Program-made: the position numbers and the translations under genes | The notes under the pieces: generated by a model | Seen by the model: only the letters and a program-made list of their open reading frames with translations | The model's database searches: none | What the model was told of the DNA's origin: nothing | Assembly (NCBI RefSeq): GCF_018384055.1 | Contig: NZ_JAHAZL010000056.1 | Source: Treponema sp. | Lineage (GTDB): Bacteria; Spirochaetota; Spirochaetia; Treponematales; Treponemataceae | Direction: 5' to 3' (one strand) | DNA: 64,000 nt | Shown: piece after piece, positions 30,235 through 40,183 of the stretch | Layout: each line of letters begins with the position of its first letter | Position numbering within the stretch: the stretch's first letter is position 1

Positions 30235-30917
30235 ACTTTTTCCACCAATGCTCCGCCTTCAATTGAATAGCGGACATCTCCCTTTGCAGCAAGGTTCATG
30301 TCGTGGGTAACGAGAACCAAAGTTTTCCCATGCTTTTCAGAAAGGCGGAAAAGCATATCTCCGATAAGGATTGCATTTTCAGGGTCAAGATTTCCTGTCG
30401 GTTCATCGGCAAGAATAAGTTCAGGATCATTTACAAGGCTTCTGGCAACTGCAACCCTCTGCCTTTCACCGCCAGATAACTGGGAAGGAAGATGATCCTT
30501 TCTGTCGGCAAGTCCTACTTCTTCAAGAAGGTCATTTGCCCTTTCAAAAGCTTCTTTTTTAGGAACACCTGCCATATAGGCGGGAAGAAAAATATTTTCA
30601 ACTGCAGTAAAATCCTTAAGGAGATAATGAAACTGGAAAACAAGCCCAAGAACTTTTTTTCTGAACTCATTGATTTGCTTTTCGTTCATCTTGCTTACAT
30701 CCTGCCCGTTAACAAGGATAGTTCCGCTTGTTGCAGCATCTAGTCCTCCAATCATGTTGAGCAAAGTTGATTTACCGCTTCCACTTTTTCCAACGATCAC
30801 GCATTTCTTTCCGCGTTCCAAATCCAAAGAAAGATCCTTAATAATGGTAAGGTTTTCTCCAGAGGATTCATAAGTTTTTTCAATATTTTTAAGGCTTAAG
30901 ATATATTCATCACTCAT
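30231..30917 (-). CDS. lolD: LolD-type ABC ATPase
   Basis: GKSGSGKST, FQFHYLL, LSGGERQRVA, ADEPTGNLD. Confidence 0.85.
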   Translation of the reverse strand: MSDEYILSLKNIEKTYESSGENLTIIKDLSLDLERGKKCVIVGKSGSGKSTLLNMIGGLDAATSGTILVNGQDVSKMNEKQINEFRKKVLGLVFQFHYLLKDFTAVENIFLPAYMAGVPKKEAFERANDLLEEVGLADRKDHLPSQLSGGERQRVAVARSLVNDPELILADEPTGNLDPENAILIGDMLFRLSEKHGKTLVLVTHDMNLAAKGDVRYSIEGGALVEKV

Positions 30918-32151
30918 CTCTAAGAATCTCCGAAACAGTCAATCTTAAAATACTTTTTCCAGCAAGCCAGGAAGCCCCCATGGCAGAGCATAATCCAAAC
31001 ATGAAAATAAGGAATACTTCATGAGGAAACAACCGTGAAGGAATGTTTGCATATATGTCAAACATGGAATTGCCGGATATTGCTCCAAAAAATTTAAATA
31101 CTGAGGAAATGTTTTTGCTCACGAATATTCCAAGAAACATTCCAGGCAAAGCGCCGAAAATTCCCGTCTTAAATCCCTGCACCAGGAAAATGCTCCTTAT
31201 GTCCCATTTGCTTCCTCCAAAAGCAGATAGAACGGCAATTTCAGTCTTTCGTTCAAAAACAAGTTTTCTGAATGCATTGTAAATGTTTATAGCTACTACA
31301 ACAAAAATCAAAAGAACAAGGAGAAACAGAATGTTTTTTTCCATTCTCAAAACTCCAAAGAACCCCCTGTTGTATTCCCTCCAGCCAATGGCTTCAACTC
31401 CATCAAACTCAGAAAGAATCTGTTTGATTACAAGGGAATCATCACGGCTGTTCTTTAATTTTAGTCCATAGACCAAAGGGGTTTCCTTTCCAAAATTATT
31501 ATCACCGGCATCCAGGCTGATGAACGAATAACCTGCATTTATGTCTGCATGTCCGCAGAAAAAAATTCCTTTCACCGTAAAGATTCTATTTGTTGAAAGC
31601 AAGGCTGCATCTGAAGAACCGCTCAAGGCTGCAACATTCACCTTGCTGCCACGCCTTAGATTAAGATTATATGCAATGGTATTTCCAATGACTATAGAAT
31701 CCTTTTCTTTCAAATCAAATTTTCCGGAAATGATCTTCAACTCACGCTTTAAGCCGGAATCTGTTTTGAGGGCATCCACAGGAACAGCACGAACTACAGA
31801 AGCCGCCTGCAATCCATTCTTGTCTGCCATCAATCCCTGTGCTTCCTTAAAAGGCGTTACACAAAGAATTCTTTTATTTTCATTGCAGAAATCTAGGAAA
31901 TCCTTTTCCTGTCCAGATTTTATTCCGGATATTCTTACGTGATAGGAGGAAATTTCCATAATGGAATCAATAAAGGACATCTGAAATCCATTCATTACAC
32001 CCATTACTACAGTAAGGGCCATAACACCAAAACAAACACCCAATGACGCAAGGAAAGAGGTCACTGCAGTCCTTCCCTTTCTATCAACTTTTGAGAATCT
32101 ACCGGAAACAAATAATATCCATCTGAAGAATTTCATTTCATTTAACCCCAT
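30910..32151 (-). CDS. LolC/E-type ABC permease
   Basis: GVMALTVVMGVMNGF, EIAVLSAFG; start may be 32136. Confidence 0.82.
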   Translation of the reverse strand: MGLNEMKFFRWILFVSGRFSKVDRKGRTAVTSFLASLGVCFGVMALTVVMGVMNGFQMSFIDSIMEISSYHVRISGIKSGQEKDFLDFCNENKRILCVTPFKEAQGLMADKNGLQAASVVRAVPVDALKTDSGLKRELKIISGKFDLKEKDSIVIGNTIAYNLNLRRGSKVNVAALSGSSDAALLSTNRIFTVKGIFFCGHADINAGYSFISLDAGDNNFGKETPLVYGLKLKNSRDDSLVIKQILSEFDGVEAIGWREYNRGFFGVLRMEKNILFLLVLLIFVVVAINIYNAFRKLVFERKTEIAVLSAFGGSKWDIRSIFLVQGFKTGIFGALPGMFLGIFVSKNISSVFKFFGAISGNSMFDIYANIPSRLFPHEVFLIFMFGLCSAMGASWLAGKSILRLTVSEILRDE

Positions 32152-33121
32152 AAAGATACATGTTTTCTTCTACCTTTGTTCCGTCTACATATTTTGCCTT
32201 TACCTCAGCACCGTCTGGGAAGTAAATGTATTCGTAATAGGAACTTTTATCAACCTGCTGAAGTTCACGCCTCAACTTTCCATCTTCATAAAATTTAAAG
32301 TCAGGCATTTCCAAATCATCCCTGTAAGAATACTTCTTTTCCCAAGTATAGACAATTACATCCTTCTGTCGTCCGGAAGATTCGTTTATGCGCTGCTCAT
32401 AGACTTCTTCCCTCTCAAGGACAACATGGTCATCGCTGTCATATTCAAAATAATCAACTTTGGAAAGATTTTTTTTCTGTTTCTTTTCACTCTCTGAACT
32501 TTCGTCATCCTCGACTATGGCATAAAGGGAATGCTTTACAGGAAGTTTTCTATCATTATAAACCGTATCGGAAAAAGTTTTAGACTCAAAATCTTCTTCA
32601 GTCATGTAAAAGTTATTCTCAGTATAGAACCAGTTCTTTTTGTTGAGCATAAGTGAACCCGACATGGAAGAACTGTTTTTCCATACAATGCTTTCTATTA
32701 TTCTGTAGAAGGAATCGTATCTTGTTCTTGTAACAGTATCACCGTTAACCGAAACAACAGAAGACCTTAAGCCTTCCCTGTCACCTACGCAGAATTTTTC
32801 TTCTCCATACTCAAACTGTTTAAGGTGATTGCGGGTGTCTCTAAGATAAATTTCGACAATATTAGTTCCTGCCTCATATTCATTCGAAGCATTTTCTTCA
32901 GGACGACTTTCATCGGAATATTCAGAATCCAGCAAAATCTCTTCTGGAACCGTATAGTCGGAATCTTTAAGTTCAAGAAACTTAACAAGTTCAAGTCTCT
33001 TTTCAACTTCCGTTGGACTGGACGTAAGGTTCTTTTTAATCCATTCAGAATACCTCTGCTGCCTTTCGTTAAGGATTGGGAAGAGAAGATAAAGACACAT
33101 TGCAGCAGAAACGACATCCAT
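32138..33121 (-). CDS. Hypothetical protein with Tyr/acidic beta-rich repeats
   Basis: 327-aa ORF coupled to ftsY and the lol-like genes; YD-like motifs (RYDSF, EYDSD). Confidence 0.65.
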   Translation of the reverse strand: MDVVSAAMCLYLLFPILNERQQRYSEWIKKNLTSSPTEVEKRLELVKFLELKDSDYTVPEEILLDSEYSDESRPEENASNEYEAGTNIVEIYLRDTRNHLKQFEYGEEKFCVGDREGLRSSVVSVNGDTVTRTRYDSFYRIIESIVWKNSSSMSGSLMLNKKNWFYTENNFYMTEEDFESKTFSDTVYNDRKLPVKHSLYAIVEDDESSESEKKQKKNLSKVDYFEYDSDDHVVLEREEVYEQRINESSGRQKDVIVYTWEKKYSYRDDLEMPDFKFYEDGKLRRELQQVDKSSYYEYIYFPDGAEVKAKYVDGTKVEENMYLYGVK

Positions 33122-33124
33122 TTT

Positions 33125-33994
33125 TTATCTGCCTAAAAACTCATCAACATATTTTTCTGATTTAAAATCAGAAATGTTTTCGTAGTGCTCTCCAGTACAT
33201 ACAAAAAGTGCAGGAATTCCAAGATCACGGCAAATGGTTACTACACCACCGCCTTTAGCTGTTGAATCATATTTAGTAAGAATTACGGCATCAACCCCAA
33301 CAGCCTCATTGAATACTTCTGCCTGGCGAACTGCATTTTGTCCTGTTGTAGCATCTATGACGAGGATTTTTTTATAGCAGCCTTCATCAGCCTTTGAACT
33401 GCAGACACGATCAATTTTCTTAAGCTCGTTAACAAGATTTTCCTTGTTGTGGAGACGTCCTGCTGTATCGGCAAGAACAATGCCACCACCTGAAGAACGG
33501 CATGCATCGGCAGCGTCAAAAACAACTGCAGAAGGATCACTGCCCATCTGATGTTTTACAACGCGAATTCCAAGACGATCCCCGTGCATGGAAATCTGGT
33601 CTACGGCAGCAGCACGGAATGTATCGGAAGCTGCCATTACAACATTGTTCCCTTTATCCTTAAAAAGTTTTGCCATCTTTGCAACGGATGTTGTTTTTCC
33701 AACACCGTTAACACCAAGAATCATCCAGACATTTACCTTACCCTCTTCAGGCTTAAAGGAAACTTCCTTTACACCAGACAGGATTATTTCCTTCAGCAAA
33801 CCGGAAATTTTTTCCTGGTCAGTAATTTTTTCTTCACGACATTTGGTTTCAAGTTCATCAACAATCTGAACGGCATTCTTTGCCCCAATGTCACCTTCAA
33901 TGAGGGCATCCGTAAGGTCTTCAAAGAATTCTTCCGACTCAGTCTTCTTGGAACCGAAAAGTTTTTTTAATTTTTCAGCAAATGAAACTTTCAT
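33125..33994 (-). CDS. ftsY: SRP receptor FtsY
   Basis: GVNGVGKTT, DTFRAAA, DTAGR, TKYDSTAKGG. Confidence 0.96.
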   Translation of the reverse strand: MKVSFAEKLKKLFGSKKTESEEFFEDLTDALIEGDIGAKNAVQIVDELETKCREEKITDQEKISGLLKEIILSGVKEVSFKPEEGKVNVWMILGVNGVGKTTSVAKMAKLFKDKGNNVVMAASDTFRAAAVDQISMHGDRLGIRVVKHQMGSDPSAVVFDAADACRSSGGGIVLADTAGRLHNKENLVNELKKIDRVCSSKADEGCYKKILVIDATTGQNAVRQAEVFNEAVGVDAVILTKYDSTAKGGGVVTICRDLGIPALFVCTGEHYENISDFKSEKYVDEFLGR

Positions 33995-35751
33995 TATTTA
34001 TCTCCAGGAATATTATTTTCTATTTCAACATCTTTTATTTCGCTTTCAGAGACTACAGTTTTCTCTTCTTCTTGATTGGTCTTTGGCGGTGGACTCATTC
34101 TTGAAGCCCATTCCTCAGCTTTCCTAAGTTCTCTTCCAGAGGCTTTATGAGCATTTACAGGAAGAACTGAATTTGCAGCTTTAAGATATCGTATAAGCTC
34201 AATTATGAAAAACCCCGTACAGACGGCAGTCACTCCAAGCCATGCATTTTTTGCATTCTGCAGCCGGTAAACTTCATTAAGGTCGCTCATGGACTTGTTG
34301 TTGTATGCATAGGCAGCGGAAGTATACTGCCCCGTATAGTAAAAGGTAAAAGGCATGGAAAGAACAAGAAGAGTATAGGCCCTGTAAGTCCAGATTCTGC
34401 GTTTTTCTATGTAGGCTTCATGATCAATCGCTTTGCCGTTTACTGCAAGAACATTGTCGTTTACCTGTAAATTTTCAGGTACGTAATAGAAAAAACTTGC
34501 TTTTTCCCCGCTCTTGTCTTTTTTTAGTGCAGTAAAATGTCCTATGACAGGCTCTCCTCCGGCAGTAAATTTTCCAAAGTACCTGTCGGAAAGAACTTCC
34601 CCTGCGAATTTACCATCCGCATAGATTTTCCCTTCCACAGGTTTTGTCATAGTAACGGAAAGGTCAGCCTTGGATTCCTTTATCATGTCTGCCTGTATAA
34701 GGAATTTTTCGGAACCTGAAAACTCGTAGGAAATCATCCTGGAATAATAATCCTTGCATTCAACCTTTACAGTGTGTTTTCCGGCATCAAGAACCAGTTT
34801 TTCAGGAACCTTGTCATAATATATTCCGTCTACGGTAACGTGAGCATTACCTGCAATTTCTTCAGGTTTAACTTCAAAATAGACTTCCACAGGCAAATGG
34901 TTTGTAATCAAAGGACACAAATATGAAGACAGATTTGCAGCAACGGTACCGCAGTTTCTGATTTTACCTACTTCCGTAATTGTACCAAGTCTTTCCCTGC
35001 CAGGATAAACATAGAGGGAACAAGTAACTGAAAAATAATCGCCGTAAACGGTAAGGAAACCATCGATCAAACCGTTTATTTTTTCACTGACCATGGACTT
35101 TTCAAACACACGGCTTTCAAGTCCATTTCTTTTGTAGGAATCTTCCGGCTTATAAAGTTCAGAGGGATCATTTTTGTAAAGGACAATTTTTTCTTCTCTC
35201 GTCTCAGGAAGAAGACTTTCGGTTTTTTTAACGAAAATATTTGTCAGCGGATTAAAGAAAAGATTAAAGTCAGTTTCTACTTCCTGTTTGTCATTCTGGT
35301 TTTCAACAAGTTTATTATACTCTGCCCTGAGCTGTTCAGTCTTGTTCAGGTTTTCTTCTATTTTGATTTCTGTTTCCCTTATTTTTTCCTGCTGCTTTCT
35401 GATGGCTTTATCAAGTTTCTTCTTGTTGTCAGTAGTAAATACAAGTGCATCCCTTTTTTTATAATCATTGGATAGCTGAAGGAAAAGGGACTGTCGTTCA
35501 ACAAGATAGGATTCGAGGGTTCTATCCATCATTTCCTTGTTTGAAGTATTTCTAATGAGACCTTCAGAAATCTGTTCAAGCAAAAGCTGTGGAAGCAGAG
35601 TCGAAAGTTCTTCTTCCGATACATCGCGTTTTTTATTTTGTGAAAATTCAAACTTCTTCGCCGAAAGAACCCAATCTTCAGCAAAGAGATTTGAGAAAGC
35701 AAAGACAATTGAAAACAGGCAGATTAAAAGTTTCTGTTTAGTCGATGTCAT
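33994..35751 (-). CDS. Exported/membrane protein with coiled coil and PEGA-like domain
   Basis: Signal peptide after MTSTK (start moved); VTVDG...LDAGKHTVKVE PEGA-like segment; two C-terminal TM helices. Confidence 0.65.
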   Translation of the reverse strand: MTSTKQKLLICLFSIVFAFSNLFAEDWVLSAKKFEFSQNKKRDVSEEELSTLLPQLLLEQISEGLIRNTSNKEMMDRTLESYLVERQSLFLQLSNDYKKRDALVFTTDNKKKLDKAIRKQQEKIRETEIKIEENLNKTEQLRAEYNKLVENQNDKQEVETDFNLFFNPLTNIFVKKTESLLPETREEKIVLYKNDPSELYKPEDSYKRNGLESRVFEKSMVSEKINGLIDGFLTVYGDYFSVTCSLYVYPGRERLGTITEVGKIRNCGTVAANLSSYLCPLITNHLPVEVYFEVKPEEIAGNAHVTVDGIYYDKVPEKLVLDAGKHTVKVECKDYYSRMISYEFSGSEKFLIQADMIKESKADLSVTMTKPVEGKIYADGKFAGEVLSDRYFGKFTAGGEPVIGHFTALKKDKSGEKASFFYYVPENLQVNDNVLAVNGKAIDHEAYIEKRRIWTYRAYTLLVLSMPFTFYYTGQYTSAAYAYNNKSMSDLNEVYRLQNAKNAWLGVTAVCTGFFIIELIRYLKAANSVLPVNAHKASGRELRKAEEWASRMSPPPKTNQEEEKTVVSESEIKDVEIENNIPGDK

Positions 35752-36877
35752 CCATATCATCGTCATCAGGAGTAACGGAAAGTCCCTTCCATTTTGCCGA
35801 AAGGAATTCATCAAGGAAAGGATCGATGTTTCCATCCATAACATCTTGGATATTTCCGATTTTTAGCTTTGTGCGGTGGTCGTTTACCATTGTATATGGC
35901 TGGAAAACATAGGAACGAATCTGGCTGCCGAAGGAAATATCCTTCTTTTCACCTGCAAATTTTGAATTTTCCTTTTCCTTCTGTTCCTTGTAATATTCGT
36001 AAAGCCTTGAACGAAGGATGCTCATGGCAGTTGCACGGTTCATAAGCTGAGACCTTTCGCTGTCACAGGCAACTACTATTCCGGTTGGAATATGAGTAAA
36101 ACGAACTGCAGATTCTGTCTTGTTGACATGCTGGCCACCCTTACCGCCGGAACGGTATGTATCAACGCGAAGGTCCTTCTGTTCAATGTTGACTTCAATA
36201 CTGTCATCAAGAACAGGGAAAACATAAACGGAAGCAAATGATGTATGGCGGCGTGCATTGGCATCAAAAGGAGAAATACGAACAAGACGATGAACGCCTG
36301 CCTCTCCCTTTGTATAACCATATACATAGTCACCGGAAATCCTCATGTTGATGGATTTGAGCCCACCTTCTGCTTCTTCCTGAGAAACAACTTCAACTTT
36401 ATAACCATGCCGTTCTGCCCACCTCTGATACATTCTTGAAAGCATGAAAGTCCAGTCACAGGCTTCTGTTCCACCGGCACCTGCATGAACAGAAAGGAAG
36501 CAGTCGTTCTTGTCTACTTCATCGCTCAAAAGATTGAGGATACTGTAGTGCTCGTAATCCTTGCTTGCAGTTTCATACATTTCCTTGAGTTCACTTTCCA
36601 GAGCCTGGTCATTTTCTTCAAGAGCCATCTGGTACATGGTTTCAATGTCATCAATATCTGCAACAAGTTTCTGCCAAGGTTCGATTCTACCCTTGAGCAG
36701 TTTGATGTCGTTCATTACTTTTGTTGCCTTTACATTGTCATCCCAAAATCCAGGAGCATTTGAAAGGGCTTCTTTTTCTGCAATTTTCTTGTTTATATCA
36801 TCTACATCAAGACGACCCCAAACAGAAAGGATATTTTCCTTTAACTGGGAAATGGGTTCCTGAAAATCTTCTACCAT
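35738..36877 (-). CDS. prfB: Peptide chain release factor 2 (continuous reading frame)
   Basis: SPF motif, GGQ, GAGGTEACDW, FGSQIRSY. Confidence 0.97.
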   Translation of the reverse strand: MVEDFQEPISQLKENILSVWGRLDVDDINKKIAEKEALSNAPGFWDDNVKATKVMNDIKLLKGRIEPWQKLVADIDDIETMYQMALEENDQALESELKEMYETASKDYEHYSILNLLSDEVDKNDCFLSVHAGAGGTEACDWTFMLSRMYQRWAERHGYKVEVVSQEEAEGGLKSINMRISGDYVYGYTKGEAGVHRLVRISPFDANARRHTSFASVYVFPVLDDSIEVNIEQKDLRVDTYRSGGKGGQHVNKTESAVRFTHIPTGIVVACDSERSQLMNRATAMSILRSRLYEYYKEQKEKENSKFAGEKKDISFGSQIRSYVFQPYTMVNDHRTKLKIGNIQDVMDGNIDPFLDEFLSAKWKGLSVTPDDDDMDDID

Positions 36878-36921
36878 AATATATATTCCTTAAATAATAT
36901 TTTACCTTATAAAAAAAGGAT

Positions 36922-37215
36922 TCATTTTTTCTGGGAAGCCGGAGTTCCTGAAAACTGGCACTTGCGCCATTTTTTCTGTTTCATTTCAGTAATTACAAAA
37001 AGTCCGTTTACAGGGAACTGATAAAGCCTGATTCTGTCATAATAGTCGGTAACGCGATCCAAATCCTTCTTGAGGTTAGAAAGTTCGTCCTCTCGCACCT
37101 TCATGTTTTCCCAGCAGGAACGCTGAATTTTTGAAAATCCATAACGGGTAAGAATGTCCACGAGAAGTTTTCCGCTGTCCAGGCTACCTGGGTCTATCAT
37201 TACAGAAACAAACAT
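36922..37215 (-). CDS. Stand-alone Cas2/VapD-like protein
   Basis: 97 aa; N-terminal strand ending in Asp8, YGFxKIQRSCWE and DRIRLY match the Cas2 consensus. Confidence 0.7.
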   Translation of the reverse strand: MFVSVMIDPGSLDSGKLLVDILTRYGFSKIQRSCWENMKVREDELSNLKKDLDRVTDYYDRIRLYQFPVNGLFVITEMKQKKWRKCQFSGTPASQKK

Positions 37216-37222
37216 ATATTAC

Positions 37223-37251
37223 AGAATAATTGAAACCACATCTATTGTCAA
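37223..37251 (-). promoter_or_regulatory. Promoter of the cas2-like gene (leaderless geometry)
   Basis: TTGACA-17bp-TATTCT-7nt-ATG. Confidence 0.65.
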
Positions 37252-37293
37252 ACAGACTTGCAAATAGGTTCAATTTAGTAGAAAATATAAACT

Positions 37294-38262
37294 ATGAAAA
37301 ACAGAGTCTGCGTAAAAATTCTTGCATTGTCATTTATTATTTCTGCATCGGCAGCCTTTGCCCAGTCAACAAAATCAGTTGTCACCGGAATCAAGGCAGA
37401 ATCTTCTTCTGCAAAATCTGTAACGGTAACCTGGTCATCACCCGCAGACCTGAAAACGGTTTCAGCACTTCTTGTATACAGGGCAACAAAACCTTTCACA
37501 GGCTTTTCACAGACAGAAAAACTTGAACCTGTAGCAATTTTGGCGCCTAATGAAACTTCCTATACGGACACACTCAAAACCTCCCAGGTATATTTTTACG
37601 CCGTTGTTTCTGCATTAGGTTCCGCAACTTCTTCAGACAGCGAATTTTTTTTTGATGAAGAAACCGACACAAAAAGGGAATATTCTTCAGACAATCCACT
37701 TTTAAAGACTGTTCTTCCCGGAGTAAATGCAACTGTTCAGGGGGCAAGGGCAACCAGACAAAAGAAGGTTAAGTCTGCCATCAAAAATGCAGAGCAACCC
37801 AGAAAAACTTATGAAGACGGTGAACTGAGGGAAACTCCCCTTCCATACATCGATGTTCTCGACGATCTACCTGCCCACGAACCAAAAATTTCGGCAGAAG
37901 CAAAAAACAAGACAAAAAACCTCATCAGGAAAAATTCAAGGCAGAAACCTGAACCACTTCCCATCCATATTTTTGAGGAAGACCTTGTAAGTCCAGCCGG
38001 CGGAGATGAATACCTGCTCTTTGAAATTCTCAAGACCTACTTCATCAAGAAACAGTATTCTGAATCCATTACACAGCTCAGAAAATTCCTTGCCCAGAAC
38101 AGGACGAAAGAAGTTGCAGACAGGGCCAGTTTTTATCTTGGAGAATCCTACTATTATACAGGAAATTTCCCTTCGGCCCTTACAAGATTTCTTGCCCTTG
38201 AAGAAACATATCCTGAACTCAGCCGTCAATGGATAGACAGTACATTGGATCAGTTCAACTGA
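37294..38262 (+). CDS. Exported protein with FN3-like N-terminus and C-terminal TPR
   Basis: Signal peptide; VTVTWS...YTD...YFYAV; ASFYLGESYYYTGNF. Confidence 0.7.
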   Translation: MKNRVCVKILALSFIISASAAFAQSTKSVVTGIKAESSSAKSVTVTWSSPADLKTVSALLVYRATKPFTGFSQTEKLEPVAILAPNETSYTDTLKTSQVYFYAVVSALGSATSSDSEFFFDEETDTKREYSSDNPLLKTVLPGVNATVQGARATRQKKVKSAIKNAEQPRKTYEDGELRETPLPYIDVLDDLPAHEPKISAEAKNKTKNLIRKNSRQKPEPLPIHIFEEDLVSPAGGDEYLLFEILKTYFIKKQYSESITQLRKFLAQNRTKEVADRASFYLGESYYYTGNFPSALTRFLALEETYPELSRQWIDSTLDQFN

Positions 38263-38288
38263 TCCATAAGATGCACTTGCAAAATCAT

Positions 38289-38320
38289 AGACACCGTGGA
38301 TTTAAACGGTGTCTTTTCTT
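38289..38320 (+). terminator. Intrinsic terminator
   Basis: AGACACCGT-loop-ACGGTGTCT then TTTCTT. Confidence 0.75.
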
Positions 38321-38428
38321 TCTCTTTTTCTTGATAATTTTTACACGCATAGTATTTTTTTTGTATTATCTGAATTACCATTGTTATATATTCAAAACAA
38401 TTAATCGAAAAACATTTAGGAGATACTT

Positions 38429-39529
38429 ATGAATCTTGGAACAGGATGGAATCTTGGCAATACTCTTGACGCACACAATGCAGACACCTTTGAAAATGAA
38501 CCTTCCAATACAGAAACAAGCTGGGGCCAGCCTGCAACAACAAGAGAAATGATAAAGGGCCTTGCAAACAGCGGGATAAAAACAATCCGCCTTCCCGTAA
38601 GCTGGACACCTCACATAAATGCAAACTATGAAATAAACGGACAGTGGATGGCCCGCGTAAAGACCATCGTTGACTGGTGCATCGAAGAAGGCTTGTATGT
38701 TATCCTCAACATACACCACGACAACTACATCAACGACAACATGGTATATGCTTTCCAGGGCTTCTACCCTACGGAAAAGGGAAAGGCCATGTCCCTCAAA
38801 TATATAGAGGCAGTTTGGACTCAGATAGCTATGGCCTTCAACAAAAAGAAATATGACAAAATAATTTTTGAAACTTTGAACGAACCTCGCCTCAGGGGGC
38901 ATGAACACGAATGGAACATGGATCCTAAATGCGAAAAATGCCAGGAAGCAGCAAGAATAATCAACGAACTTAACCAGAAGGCTTTGGATACAATCCGCAG
39001 TTCAGGAGGAATCAATGCAGACCGTATGGTTATGGTTCCAGCCTATGTTGCATCTCCTTATGCAGCCTGGGACAGCAGTTTCAAGTTTCCTGTTGACCCT
39101 GCAGGGAAAGGTAAAATTGCCCTTTCAGTACACATGTATACCCCTTACAACTTTGCAATGAACTGCGGCGATGGAAGCTACAACAATTTTTCCACGCAAA
39201 CAAAAGAAGAACTGGACAACCACTTCAACAGCCTTAAGTCAAACTTCATAGACAGGGGGTATCCAGTAATCATCGGTGAATACGGCGCAACAAACAAGGG
39301 AAACAAAGCAGACCGCCTTGCCTGGTTTGAATACTATCTTAAGGAATCGGCATCAAGAGGAATTACTTCCATTCTTTGGGACAACGGAACTGAAAACAAC
39401 CACGAAAACCCTGCGGAATCATTCGGTTTTTTCAACAGAGAAACCTGTCAATGGTTCGACCAGGACATCAGGAATGTAATCATGGAAGCGGCAGAAGAAG
39501 GGGCAAGGAAACACGCCAATTCCAACTGA
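38429..39529 (+). CDS. Glycoside hydrolase family 5 (endoglucanase-like), no signal peptide
   Basis: GWNLGNTLD, IRLPVSW, ILNIHHD, NEP acid/base, HMY, IIGEYG nucleophile, WDNG. Confidence 0.92.
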   Translation: MNLGTGWNLGNTLDAHNADTFENEPSNTETSWGQPATTREMIKGLANSGIKTIRLPVSWTPHINANYEINGQWMARVKTIVDWCIEEGLYVILNIHHDNYINDNMVYAFQGFYPTEKGKAMSLKYIEAVWTQIAMAFNKKKYDKIIFETLNEPRLRGHEHEWNMDPKCEKCQEAARIINELNQKALDTIRSSGGINADRMVMVPAYVASPYAAWDSSFKFPVDPAGKGKIALSVHMYTPYNFAMNCGDGSYNNFSTQTKEELDNHFNSLKSNFIDRGYPVIIGEYGATNKGNKADRLAWFEYYLKESASRGITSILWDNGTENNHENPAESFGFFNRETCQWFDQDIRNVIMEAAEEGARKHANSN

Positions 39530-39530
39530 T

Positions 39531-39559
39531 TTGTAATTTTACAAAAAATGTGTTATAAT
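39531..39559 (+). promoter_or_regulatory. carD promoter (extended -10)
   Basis: TTGTAA-17bp-TATAAT with TGn extension; ATG 9 nt after the -10. Confidence 0.65.
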
Positions 39560-39568
39560 GATGAAACT

Positions 39569-40180
39569 ATGGCAAAACCAAAGACAGAATTTTTAGTAAA
39601 CCAGACAATCGTTTACCCAAGCCAGGGAGTTGGTAAAGTAGTCGATGTATTCAAAAGAGAATTCAAAGGCGAAATGATTTACCACTACAAAATCTACATT
39701 GAAGTTTCTGATATGACAGTTACTGTTCCTGTAGACAATGCAAAGCTCCTTGGAATCCGTGCAATTGTTTCGAAAGCAGAAGCCAAAAAAGCTTTAGATT
39801 CCATAAGCGAAGATTACGAGCCACCTACATCTGACTGGAAACTTCGTTATCAGCAGAACCTTGACCTTCTTAAAAAAGGCACAATCGGTGACATTGCAGC
39901 AATCGTGCGCTGTCTTTACCACCGTTCAAAGGTAAAGGAACTTCCAATCCTTGAACGCAAGCTCTATGAAAACGCAAAGACCCTTCTTGAAAACGAAATA
40001 GCAGAAGCATACGGGATTTCAGCTACAGAAGTTGAAACAATGCTTCATGCTAAACTTGAACCTCTCGGCCTCAAGATTGAAAAGAAGCCAGTCTATAACG
40101 ACGAAGATGAAGACGAAGATGAGTTTGAAGAAGACACATCATCCTCTTCAAAAGATAATGATGACGACGACGAGGATTAA
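39569..40180 (+). CDS. carD: CarD-family transcriptional regulator with acidic tail
   Basis: VYPSQGVG, VPVDN...GIR, conserved Trp (DWKLRY); carD-ispDF synteny. Confidence 0.9.
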   Translation: MAKPKTEFLVNQTIVYPSQGVGKVVDVFKREFKGEMIYHYKIYIEVSDMTVTVPVDNAKLLGIRAIVSKAEAKKALDSISEDYEPPTSDWKLRYQQNLDLLKKGTIGDIAAIVRCLYHRSKVKELPILERKLYENAKTLLENEIAEAYGISATEVETMLHAKLEPLGLKIEKKPVYNDEDEDEDEFEEDTSSSSKDNDDDDED

Positions 40181-40183
40181 TCC

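Noticed and set aside
36878..37293. CRISPR array or antitoxin beside the cas2-like gene
   Set aside because: Flanks are 44 and 78 bp and contain only promoter and RBS signals
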